Shown here in pieces: positions 57,065-64,000 of a stretch of DNA of 64,000 nucleotides. Both the position numbers and the translations under genes were made by a program. Position 1 is the first letter of the stretch, and the number at the start of each line of letters is the position of its first letter. The stretch comes from a virus: IMG/VR virus record IMGVR_UViG_3300001199_000005, positions 32,001 to 96,000 of that record; one strand, 5' to 3'. The notes under the pieces were generated by a model. The model saw only the letters and a program-made list of their open reading frames with translations, was not told where the DNA came from and ran no database searches.

Positions 57065-57634
57065 ATGGATTTTTTAGAATATAGCCTTGATACTGGTATT
57101 ACCATAAAAGATTCTAATTATTTATTAGTGGCTGAGTTTAATGCTCTAGGCGCTGTTGAACGTAATAAATCTAAAGATGATAAAACTGGTACTAAGAGAT
57201 ATAGAATGTTGAAAGAACTAACATATATTTATATGCTAGAGCATTATAAATCGCCTTTTAGTAAAAGCCCGTTAAAGGATAGAGAAGAAGGTGCATTAGC
57301 TGCTATTGAGCACTTACCAGGATTTTTTGAACTTGATGAGGCTGTTGAAGCTGCGAGGAAGAAGTTCGTAGAACTTCAGGATACCAAGTCTTTACAACTA
57401 CTTAAAGCTGCCTATTACGCTGTTGACCAGGTAATAGGCTACTTTACTAAATTAGATTTGTCTAAATTAGATACTTTTAATAAACCTATATACAATGCTA
57501 AAGATGTTATAACAAACATTGCTAATTCTAGTAAACTTATTGATGGTTTACAACAACTTGAAGATAGAGTTAAACAAGACTTATCTGTTAAATCAAGTTT
57601 GCGTTCAGATGCAGAAGGAGGATTTTTTGATTGA
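57065..57634 (+). CDS. Conserved-looking protein preceding the terminase (possible small terminase)
   Basis: Position and TTGA coupling with terL. Confidence 0.5.
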   Translation: MDFLEYSLDTGITIKDSNYLLVAEFNALGAVERNKSKDDKTGTKRYRMLKELTYIYMLEHYKSPFSKSPLKDREEGALAAIEHLPGFFELDEAVEAARKKFVELQDTKSLQLLKAAYYAVDQVIGYFTKLDLSKLDTFNKPIYNAKDVITNIANSSKLIDGLQQLEDRVKQDLSVKSSLRSDAEGGFFD

Positions 57635-59739
57635 AGAAGATTAAATGGGATGTTACTGGAAAGAAAATTAAGTACTTTGACCCGGAGTTGTCTTATGAGA
57701 TAACCGGATACCGTCCTATTGCCCAAGATAAAAAGTTCAACCCGGATTGGTTCAGAGAAGCTGCTATTGAAAAGGATAAGACTGGTAAGTACACTCCACT
57801 GATTCGGAATACTGTGTCTTGGGGAAAGTTTTGGATAGAAGAAAGAAGAAGATGTATAGACGGTTACGAGGTTAATGGTTATAGAATTACTGGACATCAT
57901 TACTTTTTTCTAAATTATTATCCAATACCTTCTATTATTGAAGTCAATGGCAAGAAAAGAAGAGAAGTAACATTTCCTAGATTTATTGACGTTCAGTACG
58001 AATACTTCCACTATTTAGATTTATGCACTCATTTAAATAAGGACGCTTGCCTATTAAAAGCCCGTGGTCTAGGTTTCTCGCATATAGCAGCTGCTATTGG
58101 TGTAAATATTTATAACCATACAAGGGATTCAAGGTCTATGTTTACTGCCTTTGATGAGGATTACTTAATTAAGGAAGGCGTGCTATCTAAAGCTTGGGAA
58201 GCTTTAGATTACTTAAACCAAGGAACTGATGGCGCATTTAAACATTTACGTCAAAAAATAAATTCTAATTTCCATAAAAGAGCATCTAAAGTAGATAAAT
58301 CTGGTGAAGAACTAAACTCTTCTTGGAAATCAGAAATTATAGGTCAAGTTGTGGATGAACCTAGAAAGCTTAGAGGAGCTCGTTGCGAAGTCGTATTCTT
58401 TGAAGAAGGAGGTGTTTATAGAAATTTAATTGATGCTTTTATTAAGGCAGAAGCTTTAGTTGAAGTACTCGGCGATAAGTTTGGGCTAAGAGTTGTTTGG
58501 GGTACTGGTGGTGAAGGTGGTGCTTTTATCGAAGGTTTAGAGAAAATATATCTATCACCCGAAAGTTATAATATATTACCTCTAAGACATAACCATACTA
58601 CAACTAAAGAATATGTTTACACTTCATTCTTTATACCAGCTTATAGAATGGTGGCTGAGTTCATGGATTATAGAGGTATAACAGATGAAATAAAAGCCAG
58701 AGAATATTATGATGCTAAGAGAATTACATATAAAAATAAACCACTTGACTTGGCTATGCACGTTGCTGAGTATTGTTATACGGCGGAAGAAGCTCTTTCA
58801 CAAAGAGGAAATACAATATTTAATAAAGCTAAGCTGCTAGCTCAAGAAGTAGAAGTAAAAATTAATAAAACTACACCTGCTCCTGAAGTTGGTAGGCTCG
58901 AATGGGAATATATTGATAATACTAAAAAGGTAAAAGGCGTTAAGTTTATACCAGACCCTTCTGGAAAAGTACTCATTGTAGAACACCCACTCAAAGAAAA
59001 CGGTGCGTCAGTTGAGAATCTATATGTGTCTGGTATTGACTCTATTGATGCGGGTGCAGAAGCTACTGTTGTAGGTGATGACGGTTCTAAGTTTTGTCAA
59101 GTAGTTAAAAAAAGAACCTACGGGTTAAGTGGAGATAAGTATGTTTGTCTTTACTTAGATAGACCTGACGACGAAAGGGACTGTTATGATACATCATTAA
59201 AGATACTACATTATTACTCTTGTTTAGCTAACCTAGAAGATACAAAACGCTCAATAATTGGCTATTTTAGAGATAGGGGGCAATATTGGAGATTGATTAA
59301 AAGACCAACTATTGCTACCGCAAGCGCTGAAGCAAAGCAGCGTTCTAATTTAATTGGTACACCAGGCTCAACTAAAATTATACATCATCAGAATGACTTA
59401 ACGAAGGCTTATGTTGAAGATTTCTCTCAAAATATATATTTTGAGATAATGTTACAACAATTACTTAACTATTCCTTTGAAAATAAGTCAAAATTCGATA
59501 TAGTTGCAGCTATGGGTATGGCTGAGATATATGATGAAGACATTACCGGTGTTACACCCATACCTTCAACTAAACTTGATGATGAATGGGTTGATGTTGG
59601 GTACTATACAGATTCTAGTGGAATTAGAAGATACGGACCAATTCCAAAAAATCTTAATATTCATAATTTATCAAAAAGTCCAGAAGCACCGATTAAATTT
59701 GTAGACTTATTAGAAAATAAAATCGAATATGAATGGTAG
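57631..59739 (+). CDS. terL: Terminase large subunit (crAss-like)
   Basis: ITGHHYFFLNY, Walker A KARGLGFS, Walker B FFEEGG, GTGG, nuclease GIDSID, FDIV. Confidence 0.9.
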   Translation: MKKIKWDVTGKKIKYFDPELSYEITGYRPIAQDKKFNPDWFREAAIEKDKTGKYTPLIRNTVSWGKFWIEERRRCIDGYEVNGYRITGHHYFFLNYYPIPSIIEVNGKKRREVTFPRFIDVQYEYFHYLDLCTHLNKDACLLKARGLGFSHIAAAIGVNIYNHTRDSRSMFTAFDEDYLIKEGVLSKAWEALDYLNQGTDGAFKHLRQKINSNFHKRASKVDKSGEELNSSWKSEIIGQVVDEPRKLRGARCEVVFFEEGGVYRNLIDAFIKAEALVEVLGDKFGLRVVWGTGGEGGAFIEGLEKIYLSPESYNILPLRHNHTTTKEYVYTSFFIPAYRMVAEFMDYRGITDEIKAREYYDAKRITYKNKPLDLAMHVAEYCYTAEEALSQRGNTIFNKAKLLAQEVEVKINKTTPAPEVGRLEWEYIDNTKKVKGVKFIPDPSGKVLIVEHPLKENGASVENLYVSGIDSIDAGAEATVVGDDGSKFCQVVKKRTYGLSGDKYVCLYLDRPDDERDCYDTSLKILHYYSCLANLEDTKRSIIGYFRDRGQYWRLIKRPTIATASAEAKQRSNLIGTPGSTKIIHHQNDLTKAYVEDFSQNIYFEIMLQQLLNYSFENKSKFDIVAAMGMAEIYDEDITGVTPIPSTKLDDEWVDVGYYTDSSGIRRYGPIPKNLNIHNLSKSPEAPIKFVDLLENKIEYEW

Positions 59740-60059
59740 AAATTGAAGAAGCTTTAGCAGAACTGTATTTAAAAACATTAGGGTATGTACCTGAAATAAA
59801 GATTGACCATAAAGAATATGTAGTCGAAGGTTATTCTTATTTCAATACAAAGTTATTTTATACATTGTATACTGATAGACCAATTTCATCTGCACAACAA
59901 ATAGAAGGTACAGATTTAGAAGTTACTAGACCTATTTATATTGAAAGATTATTAGAAGATGTGCAAGAAAGAGCTCTTCAATTCATAAGGACACTACCAA
60001 TTCAAAAAATAAATGAACTTACTACCAATATAATTGGTGATACCACAAAATTAAGATGA
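59733..60059 (+). CDS. Hypothetical protein
   Basis: 108 aa between terL and portal. Confidence 0.6.
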   Translation: MVEIEEALAELYLKTLGYVPEIKIDHKEYVVEGYSYFNTKLFYTLYTDRPISSAQQIEGTDLEVTRPIYIERLLEDVQERALQFIRTLPIQKINELTTNIIGDTTKLR

Positions 60060-62323
60060 TTCGTCGAACCATACCAAAATTAGAAATATCAGACTTAGTG
60101 CCTGAAAAAGATAAAATGAACCCAGACTATTTAATGGCTGTGGCAGATTATCATATTAATAATTATAGAGAGCAAAAAACTGATTTAGAAACTACGTATA
60201 ATTACTATAATGGAATTTTAGATAAAGAACGTTATAAGTATTTAGAAAATAACTACGGTATCGGTAATCCCGCTTCAATAGAATTTGTTCCTTTGATTCG
60301 AAAACATGTAGACGCTTTAATAGGTGAATTACTGAGGGAACCAATTGACCCGCGTATTACTTGTAGCAATCGTGAGGCGTTAGATTTCATAGAAAACGAA
60401 AAAAAGATTCAAATTCTTGACCAATATATTGAGCTAATTACAAAGCAGTTCAAGGAAAATATGGAGAGCTTGAAGCATGGAAAAAAAGCAAAAGAATTAC
60501 TTACCGTAGAACAACTGGCAAAAATAGGTAAAGATATAGAGACAACCTGGAAGTCTTCTTTAGAAATTTCAGCTCAATACTTACTAGAATATTTTAAACA
60601 AAGCAGAGATTTAGGTCTTAGAGATAAACTAAAGACTATGTTCTTTGACCTCCTTGTTTCAGGCTCTTGTTATTATAGGGTATATGTAGCACATTTAGGC
60701 GAAGACCCTATTCTTGAAGTAGTTAACCCCCTCGATATTTTTTATTCTAAGAACACAAATAAGACTTTTTTACGTGAATGCTCATCAGTAGTCCATAGAA
60801 CTTACCTCACTAGACAAGAAATTCTTAATAGGTATGGACATCAAATGACTGAGGAAGAAAAACTATTGCTTTTTGGTAATGAGATAGCAGTAACATCAGG
60901 CGTAGCTAGATTTACAGTAAATAAAACGTCAAGAGAAGGGAGCTATTTAGTATCAAATCTTGGTACTACTGTTGACGATTTTAGACCTGGGTATTTAGGT
61001 GATAACGAATATATCGAAGTTAACCATGTTGAATTCATGGCTAACAATAAAGTAATTCTTGAATCGCCAGATGAAGGTACAGTTAAATCCAAAACTAAAA
61101 ATAATAAAGAAAGATATAGATTAGACAGATATGAGGTAACTAAAATAGGTGCATATTACTACGTAAATATGGGTAAATCAAATTATATCACAAGGCCTCT
61201 TGATAAACCATATATGGCATACTTAAGCTATAATGGTATATCAGTTACTGATAGAAACGGTTTTCCATTCTCTCTTGTAACATCGTTAATGCATCTACAA
61301 GATAAATTTAATTTACTTCATTTTTATAGGGATAACATGATAGCGAATGCTAACATACCAGGCCCAATCATAGACGTGGCGGCAATGCCGACATTTTTAG
61401 GTAAATCAGCTTCAGAGAGATTATTAAAATGGCAAGGATATGCCAAGAATGGTCTATACCTAATCAATTCGGCACAACAAGGCCAATCACATATCAATAC
61501 AATATATGGTGGTATGCAGGCTACAATGGATGCGGAAGCATTAGCTGCTATAAACGGCACAATACAATTAATTGAACAAACAGCATCATCTATTACAGGA
61601 GTTTTCAGAGAAAGACTAGGTGGTATAGAGCAAAAGGATGCAGTCACTAATGTAAAAGTGGGTATTGACCAATCTTATATTGTTACTAAACCTTTATTTA
61701 TCCTTATGGATGAGATAAAGAGAGAATTATTAACAGATTTACTTAATATTGGTAAAACTACGTATAAGAAAGGCAAGAAAGGCTCGATTCTTTTAGGCGG
61801 GATGCAAAAAATATTCCAAATTGAACCAACATCTTTCCAACTTGCAGATTATGATGTCCATATTGTTGAATCTGGAGAGTTACTAAAAGAAATGTCTACA
61901 ATAGAAGCTATTACGATGGAACTTGTAAAAGCACAATCTGTTGATATAGATGTAGTTCTTACAATTCTTGGCTCTAAATCACTTACAGAAGTTAAAAACA
62001 AACTATCAGATAAACTGAAAGAAGACAAGAATAATAACATTAAGCAACTAATTCAACAAGCGGAACAATTAGAAGCTGAACTTAAGAAAGCACAATCTGA
62101 ATTAAATTCAATTGACAATAGTAAAGTAGCTAATGATAAGGCAAGACTAGACCTTGACAGGCAAAGACTCGAAATGGAGCATAAGTCCAAAACAAGGGAG
62201 TTGGAATTAAAAGAAAGAATAGAGAATCAGAAAATAAATGAAATAAGTAAGAGGACAGAAATAGAAAAACTTGAAGCTCTATATAGTAAAACTGCAACTG
62301 AAGTTGAAAATTTAGATATATGA
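60056..62323 (+). CDS. Portal protein (crAss-like)
   Basis: 755 aa after terL; YNYYNG, PLIRKHVDALIGE, ITGVFRERLG, C-terminal coiled coil. Confidence 0.85.
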   Translation: MIRRTIPKLEISDLVPEKDKMNPDYLMAVADYHINNYREQKTDLETTYNYYNGILDKERYKYLENNYGIGNPASIEFVPLIRKHVDALIGELLREPIDPRITCSNREALDFIENEKKIQILDQYIELITKQFKENMESLKHGKKAKELLTVEQLAKIGKDIETTWKSSLEISAQYLLEYFKQSRDLGLRDKLKTMFFDLLVSGSCYYRVYVAHLGEDPILEVVNPLDIFYSKNTNKTFLRECSSVVHRTYLTRQEILNRYGHQMTEEEKLLLFGNEIAVTSGVARFTVNKTSREGSYLVSNLGTTVDDFRPGYLGDNEYIEVNHVEFMANNKVILESPDEGTVKSKTKNNKERYRLDRYEVTKIGAYYYVNMGKSNYITRPLDKPYMAYLSYNGISVTDRNGFPFSLVTSLMHLQDKFNLLHFYRDNMIANANIPGPIIDVAAMPTFLGKSASERLLKWQGYAKNGLYLINSAQQGQSHINTIYGGMQATMDAEALAAINGTIQLIEQTASSITGVFRERLGGIEQKDAVTNVKVGIDQSYIVTKPLFILMDEIKRELLTDLLNIGKTTYKKGKKGSILLGGMQKIFQIEPTSFQLADYDVHIVESGELLKEMSTIEAITMELVKAQSVDIDVVLTILGSKSLTEVKNKLSDKLKEDKNNNIKQLIQQAEQLEAELKKAQSELNSIDNSKVANDKARLDLDRQRLEMEHKSKTRELELKERIENQKINEISKRTEIEKLEALYSKTATEVENLDI

Positions 62324-62610
62324 GAGTTGTCAAAGTAGGTGATATAGAAGTTAAAGTACCAAAAAGGTATCAAGATAAGGTAAAAGCTGAGAAGTTAATA
62401 TCTAAATTGAGAAAAGGAGAGGAAATCCCTGAAAAACCTAAGACTATAAGGGAAAATAATATGCTAATACCTATACAAATTGACAAAAAAACAACGTATT
62501 TTGTAAGAGAATCCAAACTATATACAAATAAATGGCTTCAATACTTCGCTAACGAAGAAGAATTAGAAGCCTACATACTAAAATATAAAAACGAAAATGG
62601 CATTAATTAA
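62320..62610 (+). CDS. Hypothetical protein
   Basis: 96 aa. Confidence 0.55.
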   Translation: MRVVKVGDIEVKVPKRYQDKVKAEKLISKLRKGEEIPEKPKTIRENNMLIPIQIDKKTTYFVRESKLYTNKWLQYFANEEELEAYILKYKNENGIN

Positions 62611-63343
62611 TATAAGCGAGTTAGAGTGGGAAATTGAAACATGCAGTACTGTAGAAATAGATGATACAGTAGCTTCGGCAGGATATGTAACTGTATTTGA
62701 TAACCCAGTAAAAAAACTAGTAGTATTTAGAAACTTCTTCGGAGCATCAGAAGAACTACAACGAGAGGTGTTCTTTGAATCAGATTTAACTGAATTAGCT
62801 GCTAATACATGGACACAAGCAGTTGAAAAGGATAGTTGGTATTCAGTTTATTTATTTATTCTAGATACAACACCTGATGTTGATTCACCAGCAACAATAA
62901 ATGTTGGAGAAATAGTATACTTTGGCGGGATAATAGGAAATTTCTATGTAGCGTTAACAAAAGATGCTGGAACAAACCCTCTTACTCCAGAGCAAGAGGA
63001 TTGGGCTATTGCAACTGCTGAAGATTGGGCTAACTTTTATACTTTATTATTTACAGTAGAAGCAGTTTATGCCTTTACTAAAATACCTGATTTTGGTTAT
63101 GTAGATGAAAAAATTGATTGCCATGCATTAGATTGTGAAAGAGATGCGTTTATTGCAGTACCATGTGATTGTAAATGTGATAGTAAAGCTGTAAGAACTG
63201 GTATTGATTTCTGGATGCAAATATTTCAATATTATGAAGCAGCACAAATAAGATGGGCAGAGAATAATACTTCTGCATTCCAAAAACTTATTGAGTCTGC
63301 AGAAAGAATTTGTTCATGTGGTACAACTAACTGTAATTGCTAA
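62597..63343 (+). CDS. Acidic structural-type protein with Cys-rich C-terminus
   Basis: 248 aa ending CSCGTTNCNC. Confidence 0.55.
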   Translation: MALINISELEWEIETCSTVEIDDTVASAGYVTVFDNPVKKLVVFRNFFGASEELQREVFFESDLTELAANTWTQAVEKDSWYSVYLFILDTTPDVDSPATINVGEIVYFGGIIGNFYVALTKDAGTNPLTPEQEDWAIATAEDWANFYTLLFTVEAVYAFTKIPDFGYVDEKIDCHALDCERDAFIAVPCDCKCDSKAVRTGIDFWMQIFQYYEAAQIRWAENNTSAFQKLIESAERICSCGTTNCNC

Positions 63344-64000
63344 TGGCTAGTACATATCCATATTCACCAATATACACATATCTATTACTACTAAAAATAC
63401 GAGCTGTCCTAGTTTCAGTTACAGAGAAAGCTGCATTATATCAAAGTATAGGCAACACTACTCTAGCAGATAGTTATTTTTATAAAGCTGCGTATCTAAC
63501 AGGTGTTATAAGATGTTTTAATACCTATACAGGGCTGACCAGAGAAGATTTAATAAAGATTGTAGATTGTGCTATTAATATAACAGGTGTTGAAGAAAGC
63601 ACATTATGGGTAGATATTAAAGACTATTTAGTAATCAACCCACCACCAATTCCTTTACCAGATGCACCAGTTCTTTCTATTAGCCTAGAAATGGTTGGTA
63701 CTCAACCAGTTAGGAGATTATCTTGGACTCAAAGTATATCAGGTGAGCAGCAACCAATTCAAAACTTTATATTATATAGAAGTATAGACGGTGCAGCATT
63801 TACTACAATAAATCCATCTATATTACCAACTGCGACTGCTTTTGATGACTACTCAATGTCACAAGGGCTTGAATATCAATACTATTTAGTTGCAAAAGAT
63901 ATAGCTTTACAGTTATCGCCTGACTCTAATATAGTAAGCTTAACAGTAACATCTCTAAGTTTCGATATTGGCTCGGCTGCGACAAATTTTAAATTTAATT
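63343..64000 (+). CDS. Structural protein with fibronectin-III-like domain; truncated by the window edge
   Basis: Manual translation: PDAPVLS...ELSWT...FILYRS...YQYYLVAKD...SPDSN. Confidence 0.6.
   Translation, partial: MASTYPYSPIYTYLLLLKIRAVLVSVTEKAALYQSIGNTTLADSYFYKAAYLTGVIRCFNTYTGLTREDLIKIVDCAINITGVEESTLWVDIKDYLVINPPPIPLPDAPVLSISLEMVGTQPVRRLSWTQSISGEQQPIQNFILYRSIDGAAFTTINPSILPTATAFDDYSMSQGLEYQYYLVAKDIALQLSPDSNIVSLTVTSLSFDIGSAATNFKFN

Noticed and set aside
1-64000. Stop-codon reassignment as in some crAss-like phages
   Set aside because: Core genes are full length in code 11, TAG and TGA end genes normally, and no suppressor tRNA was found.
1-64000. Prophage, integrase or diversity-generating retroelement
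   Set aside because: No integrase, reverse transcriptase, host genes or TR/VR pair seen; the Tyr-catalytic domain at 51565 matches TopIB motifs better than an integrase.

Overview
A 64-kb piece of a large, AT-rich lytic dsDNA phage with crAss-like (Crassvirales-type) organisation, most likely infecting Bacteroidota: TAnnTTTG promoters are present and the standard genetic code is used. From 1 to ~43.4 kb everything is on the - strand. That arm holds replication and nucleotide genes (rIIA/rIIB, UDG, primase, DnaB, an SF2 helicase and PolA, the last two each split by a group I intron), then accessory genes, 12 tRNA genes and many small early ORFs. After a strand switch with 22-bp iteron-like repeats (~43.7 kb), the + strand carries nucleases, virion/cargo-type proteins (one with a topoisomerase IB domain), a patatin, an M15 endolysin, GroES, the large terminase and the portal. 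Two RNA-centred systems stand out. (1) At 20.6-24.9 kb a TROVE/Ro60(DUF2828)-like vWA protein lies downstream of a tandem array of eight small RNAs. They share a covarying 8-bp closing stem plus a YACAAY motif, and most display a different tRNA part (Ile, Gln, Ile, Ser, Lys and Ser anticodon loops, or a T-arm module). A circularly permuted tRNA-like (YrlA-type) RNA sits next to them. (2) At 31-33.7 kb two tRNA clusters are each preceded by a short leader peptide with antiterminator and terminator, and the leader codons match the downstream tRNAs. This looks like ribosome-mediated attenuation of phage tRNA supply. All protein calls are from motif recognition only; no searches were run.
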